Below, one piece after another: positions 11,601 through 22,830 of a stretch of 64,000 bases of DNA (its first letter is position 1; each line of letters starts with the position of its first letter). Below the pieces are notes generated by a model. The model did not search any database. It saw only the letters and a list, made by a program, of their open reading frames with translations, and was not told the DNA's origin. The position numbers and the translations under genes were made by a program. This DNA is from Diadema antillarum. Taxonomy: Eukaryota. The stretch lies in contig NW_027271052.1 in assembly GCF_040938485.1 (NCBI RefSeq), positions 930,001 through 994,000 of the forward strand, read 5' to 3'.

Positions 11601-14600
11601 ACACACACACACAAATTAATCTTGTTTATTTACGAAACAAAGTAAAATATGAGGTAAGTGGAAGTGTATGTCCAAAATTTTATAAAGAGATTTTACAAGC
11701 GTGGCAAGATTTGGGAAGTTTGAGAAATTTAGAAGAGGGACATTTGAATCAAGTAGTATTTGATAATAATTTTTTTTTATTCAAAGGTAAAATGATATAT
11801 AATGGAAATCTTTTTTTAGGAAAAATATTTATAGATTATGTCATTACTTTGATGGAAAAGGTATACGGCCGATTATTTATTTTCAAAAAACAGGTTTATG
11901 AGGTGAGGAATTGAATATGTTTGGAGGATTTGTGATGTTATTTTGAAAAGTGGACGGTTTAGTTTGTCATGGGTTAGTATTAAACTTTTTCAAGTGCTGG
12001 TTAGAATTACACGGAAAAGAAATTAGGATTGGTGATATACCTTCGAGAAAGATTTACACCCATTTTTTAACTGATTTACAGCAGTTATATACAGTGGAAG
12101 TACGAGATCAACAGAGTAATTTCGCCTTCTCCCAAAAAGTAACCCAATATATTTTTCTCCGACCCAGAGTCACAACTCTTATCCCAAAGATTAGGGAATT
12201 TCAGTTTAAACTTCTTCATAGCGCACTTTATACAAAAGTTAATCTGTTGAGATTTGGGTTTGTTTCTGATGATCTATGTTCTTTCTGCAAAAAAGCACTG
12301 AGACATATTCACATTTATTTTTGGAGTGTATTGAAGTGCAGGAATTGTGGCAAATTATTATTCAGAAATTGAATTTAGAAGAATTAGGAAATGTAAACTG
12401 GGAAGTTGTTTATACAGGTATATCCGGAAACTCATTAAAAGTCAAAGGATGGAATACAATTATATTGATGGTTAAACATATTTTGTATTTAGCGAGATCA
12501 GAAGGGAAAGTACCGAAGTTTGATGATTTTGTGAAGTATTTTGATATGTGTAAAGAAGAAGAAAATAAGATAGCGAGTAAAAGAAGAAAAGTTGTAATGT
12601 ATTTGCAAAAGTGGGAATATTTGAAGTATACCGAGGATGATACGTGATTTTTTTTTTGTCTTGATTTTGCCGTATCCGCGAGTTATTATCACATCGTTGT
12701 CGGGTTTTTTTTTCTCTCTCTCTATTGCTTCTACCTTTCCACATCATCTCCATATTATGATTAGGATGCATTTTATTGTATGACAAATAAAATGGCAACT
12801 TACACGGCAGAGTTATTCAAGTGTTGATATAAACCTGAGGGCTGAAGGCACGGGGAGGGTGCATGGGGGAGGGGGGAAGGGGGAGGGCATAATGGTGTTA
12901 TGTTGGTGTGTATGTGTGTATGTGTGTATGTTTTCTCGGAAATGGCCTTTTTTTTCTCTTTTTTTTCGAGAAGCAATGAAATATGCCCGTTTTTGTTTTT
13001 TTTGTTTTTAAGCAAAATATCTATTATGTTCCTGTTTTGCGGGCTTTTGCGAGAATATGTGTTAAAAAATTAAAAAGCGGATTTGGTGGGGTTTTTTTTT
13101 TAGTTAAAAGAGTTACAGAGTAAGTTTGACATTATTTTTGCACAATGTTGGTATTACTGCATTTTGTTCTTATGTAGTGTAAGTTGATGTTATTTTGTAT
13201 CATGATTGTGTATGTCTGTTTTTGTATGATGTCTTGTTTTTGTTTTGTGAACGTTTCTGATTCTTGTGACATGATATTGAACGAAATTCAAATAAAGAAT
13301 TATAAAAAAAAAATGTCATCAATATTTGGCGAAAACTAACACGAAGTAAATACATCTGAAGCTGCTTCCTTGGATTTAGTTGACAGATCGACGCGCAAAA
13401 TTTGGTAGACGTCGCACCAGTACAGCTTATTCTGCACACTCTCGTACGCCAGACAGTATGGTGTTGTCGAAAAGTTGAAAAATTCGGCGACAGTCTCATT
13501 GTCGAGGTCTGCAACATAAACTCCTTGGTTTCCATGACCAACAAAGATGGTGGCACCTGCGGCAACACAGAATTGAGAGAGAAAGAATGAAAATCTATGT
13601 AATCATTGTCTGAATTTTCTGGAGATACTTTTAGAACATTCTAGAGTCTTCTAGAAGATTCAGGAAAGATCAAAGTCCCGTGAAATGTTGACTTTAATGA
13701 ACAACGATCAACTATACTTACGTTAATGAAATACCCCGAATTTTGTAAATGGTATAGTCGAGTTGAAGAAGTGTTCAGTTTTACAAGCAATCGAAATATC
13801 ATTGTGATTCCTGAACTTTCCTGTATTACAGTGTATTATAATGTATTATACAAAATGTTCGATTCAAGGGAGAACTGACAATCAATGTGCGTAGCAAAAA
13901 CAAGTGATACATGTATATGATGTATGTTTACTTTTCAAACGAATTGTGAATAAACAAAACATTAATCATAAAAGGACCTATTTAATATCTTACATTTTCT
14001 ATAAAACTATGATAAGTATCCCTATTACAATTCTATAGTTGTTAAAATGGGTTTTGTGGGAGGGTTCCTGTATGTGTAGGTGGTCTTTATGCAGGAAGCA
14101 TCAGTGCTTCAGCATGTATAGCCATGCTCGATACGGATGGATGCGTAATATGGTGAGAAAGAAAGTTAAAGTTGTTGCCAAGGGTATGACTGTGGTGACA
14201 TGTTGATAGCGTGTAGTACTAAATGTTAATAATCTATCAGCACGTTTCCATTATATCTTAGTCATGAAACTTCAAGCGAAATCAACTTGTCTTCTGGCAT
14301 CGTAAGTGGTGTCTGTAAATAACCACGTATTACCTTCCGGTGTTTCACACTTCAAATCTGTTGTCTCTGTTGAAGCGGGCAAGGTAGAAACTCCAGTGGT
14401 TGAAGCGTCATCAGTTGTTTGACCGAGGGAAGTTGTTGAGGATGATGTAGCGTCCACCCCTACGGTAGACCTCTTTTGTGCGTTTTGCGTCGGAGCTGAC
14501 GTAGACAGCTTTCTCGACTTTGTGACAGTTGATGGTGCAACATCGGGTTCCGTAAGTGGAGAATCTGTTGAGAATGGTAGCTCGCCTGTATCCATGGTAA

Positions 14601-15431
14601 CTGACAAGTATGTAGATTGCGCGGCAGTTAGTGTCGTAGTTGACAAGGGAGTCGTTGATAGCACATCTGTGGTCACTTCAGTGGGTTGTTCTAAAGTTAT
14701 TGGAGTGCTGTGAAATTGGGTTGAGAGAACCGTTCCTTCTCTCTCCGTTGTCGGTTGCTCTTGTGAGAAAAGTAAAGCAGACACTTGAGTCGTTTGTGGT
14801 GTAGTTGTCGCGAGAGACGTCTGTTCGAACGATGCAGTCTCCTGACCCGTTGTGTGTGGAGTGTCTTCTGTCTCCGCCGCTGTCTGTTCTTCACTCCATT
14901 GCGGGTGTGTGGTTATTTTTACCGCAGTTGACGCTTGTTCGTCGGTGGACAACATTGTCATAGCGGAGGTAGTCTCCTCTTGTAAGGTTGTCAGTGACAA
15001 AGTAGCAGCATTTGATGTCTGAAGAGGTGAGTTTTCCGTTGCCACTTGCGATGTTTGCATTGCGGTCGTAGCATCAGTTGTAGTTTGGGTTGGCTTAGAT
15101 GGCGTTGCTTCTTCAGCCAAGCTGGTTTCTTGGAAGGATGATGTATGGGAGAACGTATTCGCTTGTGTAGTGGCACGAGTTGTCTCAATCAACGTGGCTA
15201 AGAAAGGTGACTCCGTCGTTGCTCGTGTATTTCCCGCAGGCTCTGTTGATGTTTGTGATCGTGTAGGAGTTGTTGCAACGTAACTCTGAGTTGTTTCCAC
15301 ATTTTCTTGCTCTGTCGTGCTTGTTACGGAGGCTGTAAGAAGGACGGGATAAGAGCGAAATTTTAATCACTGGGTTATTGCCTGAAAGGAGGCACGATAT
15401 GACAGAGTCGAAATGTACTCAATTATTATTA

Positions 15432-15471
<40 letters not shown>

Positions 15472-16549
15472 CATAATCTATTCAATTATTATGGTAATAA
15501 GAACGATCACTGAGTAATGATGGTGTGACAATCGCAAGTTCTTTCCGCTTAATGGATAGCTAGTGGTTAGTATCGGTAACGATTGGGAGTACAGCTGGTA
15601 ACTTGAGGAATGCAGAAAGCTAAAAAGTCTAGATCTTACTTACTGTAGTCAAGAGCGGGACGGCAGACAAAATGACGATGGCCTCTGGGAAATGGGAGAG
15701 ATATTTCATGTGGAAATAGATTTATCTGTTCGCCTCGTGAACCGTTGATTGCACGACATGGATTAATCTTCTGATCTGTCCATTCCAAGTCATTTGTTCC
15801 GTTTCTTAAACAAAGAGTGCCAACTATCGACTGATCCCCCGGCGACAAAAAGGCGTTGAAACCTGCAACTTCATTATGAAACCAATATCGAAACAGTATA
15901 AATTTCTGTGATTAGTTTGCGATGTAAATGCAACAAATTCTTCATTCAGTGCAACAATAAAGAAGAGAATGGTATAGATCAAAGAACACTTATCGATGTT
16001 TCGCTCTTTTAGATTTCGTTTTGGAGATCGGTAACATATTACCTTTATGAAATTCTTCCGACATAAATCTTTCCATATCAATATCAATATCATTTTCCAA
16101 CCGACCAAACGGAAGTCTTCTTTTTCTCTCGATTGACAATAAGGATGTTTAATCGTATTTCTTATCCTGGGTATTTTCCTCCCTGGGTTTGCTACTCCTT
16201 TGCTAACGAGCATTTGCTAGCATGATTATACAATAAGGTAGATAATATATGCAGGGTTCAACATTGGCGGTGACCCGGTGTTCCGGGGCTATTATAGAAA
16301 TTGTTGGTGTAGGGCCATCAGACTTTCAGAAGGTATATCTTTTGGTGGCCCGACCTAGCAACTAAGAGTCAAATATATCGCTATGTTGAGTCCTATTATT
16401 CAACGCCCTTACCATTCCGTTTCGAGCCATCAACATTTCAAACATTATGATTTTAGTGGCTCGAACGGACCTTCAGAGAAACGAAGCTAGTATCGAGACC
16501 TGATATAAATCAATACACCCCCATGCACACACACAACACATTATGATCA

Positions 16550-16608
<59 letters not shown>

Positions 16609-19600
16609 GTGTGTGTACGTGTGTGTGTTTATTTTTATATATAGTAAACAACAAAATGACTTATTAGTGACAACTNNNNNNNNNNNNNNNNNNNNNNNNN
16701 NNNNNNNNNNNNNNNNNNNNNNNNNNNNNNNNNNNNNNNNNNNNNNNNNNNNNNNNNNNNNNNNNNNNNNNNNNNNNNNNNNNNNNNNNNNNNNNNNNNN
16801 NNNNNNNNNNNNNNNNNNNNNNNNNNNNNNNNNNNNACGTGATATACAAGGCACTGAATAGCGGCGCCAATCATGTAAGTCTTTCCCAGGAAAGTTCGAA
16901 AGGTAATCCGAGAGATTACTATCTTGCAATTCTGGAAATTAACAGTTCGGTCAATTTGTTTGACGTGGTCTTTGAATGAATTGATAGACCTACCTTGGGA
17001 TGTAAAGATGATGATGAAGAAGAAAGCACGTACGACAAATCCAGCCGGAAATATTCCCCTTGCCTGCAAATTAAGTAAATAATAAAATCTGATTATCTGA
17101 TTGAACTGTCATGATTTGTGATTATAATGATAAAAATGTTTGACGAAATTGTTTAGTTTTTCCTTCTTCAAAATTACGAACGATAAAGGTCTGTATCGCA
17201 TTTAGGAACAACACAGCTTTCAGTACGTGGCATTTAACGGTCTACTAGTTTCTGTTGATTACTATCAACAATCATCTGTGTCCTGATAAACTAAAGGTTT
17301 ACTCGTAGCTATATTTTCCATGCAAAGTTGCGATACAGAGCTTCAGCCATAAAGTGAAAAAAAGACGGCATGATGTGGGGGGGGGGGGGGAATTGACGAG
17401 GGGGAACTGGCCATGGCAAATATGTATGTATAATGGATTTTTATATATATAACATATTCATCTACTCATTCATTAACATACTTAGTCATTATATAGATAG
17501 ATAGATAGATAGATAGATTAGATAGGTAGATAGATAGATAGATAGATAGATAATGAAAGATGAAGGCATAGACATGAGTGTTTTCTTTTATCTCTTGTTC
17601 CTTTCATGTTAGTGGATGTTAGAAGGTGAAACTAGGTCTTAACTTGAAGCATCAGCCTAGATAGTGTAGAAGCTGTGGCACGAATCAAAGACTATGCAAT
17701 GGTTCATAAATATTCAATGCACTAAACTCGATCTGTTCACCACTATCCACTGTCACTAGATAACTTAAAGGCATAACTTACCATTTGCAGATGAAACGAA
17801 AACCCAGCATTAGTGCTTTAAAGTAGTTCTAAAGTGTGAGTTAGAGATAGAAACAACCACTGTAAAATTTGAATCAGTAAAATCGATTCTAAGTATTGTT
17901 AAATATACAAAATGTGAACAATAGTTATAATAAAAATGTTTCAAAACTAAACCGTATACCGCTACGGTTTACTGAGAAAAATGATGACATCTCCTCATAA
18001 CTTTGGCTTTATTGCAAAACTTTCACATGGAAGGGTGTTTTGTGGTACAACAGACCTACACATATGCATGAAAGGCGATATCTTGAACATTTTGCAAATG
18101 ACTGCTCCCAAAGGTAAACTGGACCTTTAAGGCACATTTCATCTAGCCTTAATCTCACATCCAACCCAAGAATTGTTCTTGAGCAATCACAGGTAGCCGC
18201 AGATGATCTGATCACTGAATTCTCCACACGGACAAAAAAAAAATGATGCCTTTTAATGCACCTGACCTGATTAAGACTACAGAAAATTAGGTCAGTTTGA
18301 CACNNNNNNNNNNNNNNNNNNNNNNNNNNNNNNNNNNNNNNNNNNNNNNNNNNNNNNNNNNNNNNNNNNNNNNNNNNNNNNNNNNNNNNNNNNNNNNNNN
18401 NNNNNNNNNNNNNNNNNNNNNNNNNNNNNNNNNNNNNNNNNNNNNNNNNNNNNNNNNNNNNNNNNNNNNNNNNNNCAAAGACCACCCAAACTAGCAATAG
18501 GTACTTGTCATCTTGTGGGATTACCCCGTTGTTTTCTCCCATAGACATTTTAATTATTACTCGTATAATGTCATTTAACCCCCACAGTGCCTTACTGCCT
18601 GAGTAAATAAAGTGAAACATAGGATAAAACCCCCACAATGTACCTCTTGCTCGTCCACAAACACACACTCACACACACACACACAAAAAAAGAATCTGTT
18701 CTAATAGGACTCCAGTAATAAGATGTAATTGCCTAATTTACATAGGCTAACATATTACATATTTCCCTTCCAAATCGTGTGTGCTTGAGCGCTTCCGTCA
18801 GGGAGATGAGATTCACCTCCCTGCTTCGGTATATTGAAATGATGTATGACAAAAGCAGCAGTGAGGGTAAATTCCTTTAAATTAGAGCCATGATAATGAC
18901 AAAAGTGATAAAATTTCTACAACAGTAAAAATCGTTGCAGTCATACTAGTAAGAAAAATATAAAAAGCGAAAGAATTGTAACATCTATTTGTACTCACAT
19001 TTGTATTTGTTACTTTATGAGAATAACTGATAATATTTTCTTTTAAACTTTGTACTCTTAGCTGTGCAAGTATATATAACAAAACAGTGATTTGAATGGG
19101 ACAGAATGGAAAAAAAAAGTAAAACAGGATGCAGTAAAGACCAGAAATGAAAATCTCAGAAATATAACAATGACCGATATAATGAGTATACAACGTCATA
19201 AACAAACAAGAAAACGAACCTAGAAGTGGTTTAATTGGAGTGCATCTACCTACATTATTAACATGGTTCTATTTCAAAGATTAATTTCAAAAAATCATAA
19301 TTTTTATGAAAACATGAACGAAAATAGAATTAAGCGTAATTGTACATTTATACTAGGGTAAATATAGCAAATACATTATGAGTTTATCTGTATGTAATTT
19401 TCACTTAAAACAGGTTTCAGTTTCAATCATCATCAGCCTTCTGGAAATATGAAGGGAATGATATGTTTAGAGGCTCATTCTCTTATCACAATTTCATGTT
19501 TGCCTATTTCAAGTGATGAAATAAATTTCGTGTTAACATGACAGCGTATTACAGTCCTTCAAAACTTACCATCTTTCGTCTATGCAGATTCTGTCCTCCA

Positions 19601-19644
19601 AGAGAGCCTCCAGTTGCCATTTTTTGACCCATGAGGCATATCAG
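5849..19644 (-). CDS. Secreted or membrane-anchored protein: degenerate C-type-lectin-like domain + Thr/Ser mucin stalk + YWTD (LDL-receptor class B) beta-propeller; at least about 725 aa
   Basis: join complement: 19570-19644 (tentative), 16994-17063, 16931 into gap at 16836 (tentative), 15644-15862, 14334-15332, 13341-13556, 11130-11292, 6905-7029, 5849-6132. Junction phases are compatible from 15862 to the stop. YWTD-like repeats: PYCLAYESVQNKLYWCD, PRGIAIDEGSRVMYFAE, IYDVELDKERRMVYWAK, LQGLEYDSAGNRLFFCE, LYDVAIFSGKIYWLF. Confidence 0.8.
6494..6634. mobile_element. Short MITE with CAGGGGCGGATCCAG-type TIRs
   Basis: CAGGGAAGGATCCAG...CTGGATCCGCCTCTG, flanked by AATTG on both sides. Confidence 0.65.
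6905..7029 (-). CDS. YWTD propeller exon C
   Basis: ctgtag|MVYWAKSYTIQRKAMNGSTSVETFFYNSGMDQLQGLEYDSA|gtatga; phase 2 to 1. Confidence 0.85.
7402..7473 (-). pseudogene. Mirror copy of the tRNA-like cloverleaf
   Basis: AGTTCGG-TGGTCTAGTGG...GCGGG-TTCGAAT-CCTGT-TCGAGTA; T8 run downstream. Confidence 0.7.
8629..8908 (-). mobile_element. tRNA-derived SINE with conserved central domain and (TTA)n tail
   Basis: A box TGGCATAGTGG, B box GAGTTCGAATCC; core TCCTTGGACAAG...CACTCGACCCAGGTGTATAAATGGGTACC (Deu/Nin-type core by recognition); second copy at 40160-40424. Confidence 0.8.
10324..10395 (+). pseudogene. tRNA-like cloverleaf (72 nt) with non-canonical anticodon loop, inside a 280-bp repeat unit
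   Basis: A box TGGTCTAGTGG; T-arm GTAGG-TTCGAAT-CCTGC; D stem GTC/GAC; T7 run about 12 nt downstream; anticodon loop lacks Y32-U33. Confidence 0.7.
10905..11075. repeat. Degenerate (ATT/ATC)n microsatellite
   Basis: Direct inspection. Confidence 0.85.
11130..11292 (-). CDS. YWTD propeller exon B
   Basis: gtcgcag|PRGIAIDEGSRVMYFAESNRVLKAHLD...IYDVELDKER|gtaaga; phase 1 to 2. Confidence 0.85.
11613..13313 (+). mobile_element. Degenerate 5'-truncated Tx1/L1-clade LINE (ORF2 C-terminus, 3'UTR, poly-A)
   Basis: Frameshifted fragments FYKEILQAWQD, REFQFKLLH, CSFC..ETYSHLFLEC (zf-RVT/CCHC); stop at 12647; AATAAA 13291-13296; A-tail 13304-13313; starts next to (CA)n. Confidence 0.8.
13341..13556 (-). 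CDS. YWTD propeller exon A
   Basis: ccgcag|ATIFVGHGNQGVYVADLDNET...NKLYWCDVYQILRVDLSTK...|gttagt; this frame is absent from the ORF track; donor choice less certain. Confidence 0.8.
14334..15332 (-). CDS. Mucin-like Thr/Ser-rich exon (999 nt)
   Basis: cttacag|SVTSTTEQENVETTQ...ETTDLKCETPE|gtaata; ORF 14272-15300; phase 1-1. Confidence 0.88.
15644..15862 (-). CDS. Cys-containing exon resembling the C-terminal half of a C-type lectin domain
   Basis: ttgcag|FNAFLSPGDQSIVGTLCLRNGTNDLEWTDQKINPCRAING...RHFVCRPALDY|gtaagt; phase 1-1; LEWTD, C and FVC motifs. Confidence 0.7.
16676..16836. other. Assembly gap (161 N)
   Basis: N run; probably hides coding sequence of gene 2. Confidence 0.99.
16837..16931 (-). 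CDS. Tentative exon running into the N gap (possible N-terminal half of the lectin-like domain)
   Basis: ttccag|(E)LQDSNLSDYLSNFPGKDLHDWRRYSVPCISR then Ns; phase 1, W-x5-6-C pattern; preceding intron would be only 62 nt. Confidence 0.4.
16994..17063 (-). CDS. Signal peptide/anchor exon of the lectin-mucin-YWTD gene
   Basis: ttgcag|ARGIFPAGFVVRAFFFIIIFTSQ G|gtaggt; hydrophobic core; phase 0 to 1. Confidence 0.65.
17769..18126 (+). mobile_element. MITE family B (short TIR, TTAA TSD, Kolobok-like), 358 bp
   Basis: TTAA|AGGCATAACTTACC ... GGTAAACTGGACCT|TTAA; homologous to 54145-54503 (inverted) and 51829-52070. Confidence 0.78.
18304..18475. other. Assembly gap (172 N)
   Basis: N run. Confidence 0.99.
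19570..19644 (-). CDS. Tentative start-codon exon of the lectin-mucin-YWTD gene
   Basis: ctgtcag|..MGQKMATGGSLGGQNLHRRKM|gtaagt; ends in ATG at phase 0, matching the phase-0 signal exon. Confidence 0.45.
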
Positions 19645-19886
19645 CTGACAGAAAAAGGAAATGTGTTTTCAGTGACAAAGCCTAGCTCCTTGGGCAACTC
19701 TAGAGTTTGAAAGTTTACCTATATTTGAGGGGAAGGATTGCAGGCTATCATATGGAAAGCTACACGAAATTGGATGAAAGAGACACGATCACAATTCGCG
19801 ATGCCCTTGGACAGAGTGGTACTAATGGTTACCCCATGCTGTGGGACCGCCTTATAATCCGGTGTATACGTCGTTGGATGTGCACC

Positions 19887-19900
19887 GTTACCAAGGCAAC
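19887..19900. promoter_or_regulatory. RFX X-box consensus near the 5' end of the lectin-mucin-YWTD gene
   Basis: GTTACCAAGGCAAC matches GTNRCCNNRGYAAC exactly. Confidence 0.35.
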
Positions 19901-20699
19901 AAAGTGATAATGCCGCTATCTTCCCCTTACAAAAAGCAAACATGATTTGTGCTACTTACGCTCTATGCAGCATCAATCAGTGATCCTTATCTGTATATAC
20001 AAGTGCAAACAGTGAATATTAACAATACCAAATTTGGAAGGATCTGTTATGACATATGTCTTGATTATCTGCATATCAATCCGCTGATGATTACAAAAAT
20101 ACGTTATGATTTTGATGAATTTTCATTTTCTCTGTCAAATACGACAGTTCGTAGCCAAGTGATCTAAATCGTCAGGAAAGCAAACTTTTCAAAGCATCAA
20201 TAAACATCCGATTATGCACTCATGATTCAAAAAAAAATTCCTTGAAATCTCATTAGTGAGCTATCAAATCTATCTCTCTCTTTTAAATGCATTGCGTTTT
20301 ATCAATTTTGTTGTTATGTCGGGCAAGCCTCCATGCACACTGAAAAAAAAATTGAATCATCAATCATCATCATCTATCGAACAGGTCTCTCACAGTCACC
20401 TGTAAACACACATTTAAGTCAAGTCTTCGCATTCACGATTTTTTTAATATAAAAATCATTTGGTGATAACTATATAACATCTTCTTTACCCAATGTCGAG
20501 ATTGCACAGAAGCATTCCTAACCAACCTGATCGTAATGAGTCTTTATAAGGAACACGTGATCTTCGAGGTAACTTGTAGCTTTAGCTCTCATTGGAGCAG
20601 TCAGTTGGGTAGGGTGTTGAATAGCAGGTGTCACTTTATAATACGCACGCGTAGTACGAGAGCTGAAGGGGATAGGGGATCCATCAACTGGAGTTTTAG

Positions 20700-20848
20700 N
20701 NNNNNNNNNNNNNNNNNNNNNNNNNNNNNNNNNNNNNNNNNNNNNNNNNNNNNNNNNNNNNNNNNNNNNNNNNNNNNNNNNNNNNNNNNNNNNNNNNNNN
20801 NNNNNNNNNNNNNNNNNNNNNNNNNNNNNNNNNNNNNNNNNNNNNNNN
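20700..20848. other. Assembly gap (149 N)
   Basis: N run. Confidence 0.99.
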
Positions 20849-22830
20849 TCATAATCTGACAACATTGAGGTAGAAAACATGTCAGTTACCCCATTCTGCA
20901 GCTTAATGCGTTTCTGTGTTCCTTTTCATTGCGTTGTTGTTGTCGTCGTCGTCGTTGTTGTTGTTGTTGTTGGCCTGGGAGGGGGAGGGGGAGGGCTGTT
21001 ATTGTGGCAGGAAACCCGCTGTTTCCAGGCCAGATACAAGCACGGTACGAGCACAGATACAGACATACAAGAGTTCGTCCATGCCTGCATACACACAAAT
21101 AAGATACATTCATATCTACGTTCATGGCGTCTGACGTGCAAACACACATAAACCCATGTACACAGAAGCGTGACAGCATGCACACAAACCAACACGCAAA
21201 CATGCGACATTCATGAGAATGAATATACGTCATGTATTCAAACTAATATACATACACACTCACAGATCAGCTCAAGAAAAAGGCCAAATCACAGTCGATA
21301 GCTCTGTTCAGTTTTCCAACTCTCTTTATGTAAAAGGAATACGCCAACACTTACAACCATACACCAGCAAGCTGCTTGGCGGTATGTATCATTTAAAAAA
21401 AAAAAAAACCTGATGTACATAGAGCATGACCTTTAATGAAATCATTATGTACAGTGACTTCTCCTTCTCCTTCTCAATGCAAGTTAAAAAAGGATAAAAG
21501 ATAAACCAAAATTTATAGCAGTCGACAAAGAAAGAGATATTTCTAAGAGGAGAAGAAGAATATTTCCACATCATTTGTTTCCTTATTTTCATCAAACATA
21601 ATATACCACAGACTTCAAGAAGTGCTTTTACTATTCACTAACTGTATCGGAGTAAAACCTTGATTTCTTTTTAAGTTCGATTGTGTAAAGCAAACATAAA
21701 CAAAGCCGTCATTTTCATTGTTTTCCAACACTGTGTTTACTCTGTAATGAAGTTCGTCAATTCCGTTTAAATATTGTTTAGTTAACTCATGACTTGACGA
21801 TGGCGTGACCAAATTTCGAATTCCGAGTCACTGTATTTATTTACAAACGATTTCAGTATTTTGTATGGCATCGTAGCTTTTGGAATATTCTTGTTTAATA
21901 ATTTTTCTACACTCTCCTTTTTGTGATTTACTCATGCAAATTAAATACTAAGTCTAAAAAGGCATATACAGATAAAATACTGAAAAAGTGATCAGGAAAT
22001 CAATGAACTTGATGCTTTGAACCTTGAGGACCCTACACTTTCACGACGAAAATAGTCCGTCTTACTTTTGTCAACAGAAGTAAAGGACTCGTTACGAATA
22101 ATTAAGATATTAACATGTTTCTAGATTCGATTCACATTCATTTTTACCTAGACAGGGTTTTTAGTAGAAGGTCGACCTCCTCTAGAGCAGTCTGGATGTG
22201 TGTATATTGCTTGTTTTCTCAATGTTAATGTAAGATTTTGCTTACTTACAGACAGAAAAGGACAAGACACCAAAATAAATTTCTTCTTCGGGTAAAAAAA
22301 ATGGATAAATCTCTAGCAAGAATAAAAACCCATCGCTATCCCTCAACGTCAACAAACTACCATCCAAAATATCAATACAAATCCACTTATCTATCAAGCG
22401 GGAGGTCTGCATTTGCATGGTTCAAAGCATTAAAAAAATACACCTACTGGACAGAGTACATAACCTAAAAGCAGTACAACTATATCATACACTTGCTACG
22501 TAAGACACATTGTGTGAAGATATTTCTGTGAGGCACTTAGGTCCTTTTGGATATTTCTTCATAATTTACATATCAAATACTTTCTCTCAATTCTTCACAC
22601 ACACTTGTTTGAATATCAGTGGTTTATTGCACTTTCTCTAGGCACACCTGTACGATCAACAATGCGTTGGTATGAGTTACATTGCCTCGACTCAACTAAG
22701 GTTGATATTCTTTGTGTTTTGCCTAGAAATACAGTCATGTACATAGCAAAATAATTGGCAACGTTACATATCAGTTCTTATTTGTTTCCTCCTGGAGATC
22801 AGTCTCTATGACGTAAATTCTATTGTCATG

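Noticed and set aside
15824-16500. Additional exons of gene 2 (ORF 15824-16213; AG/GT pair near 16410-16470)
   Set aside because: Open frames do not match the required phase 1 and show no domain motifs.
16510-20880. ORFs of 65-219 aa containing X runs
   Set aside because: They are open only because they cross N gaps.
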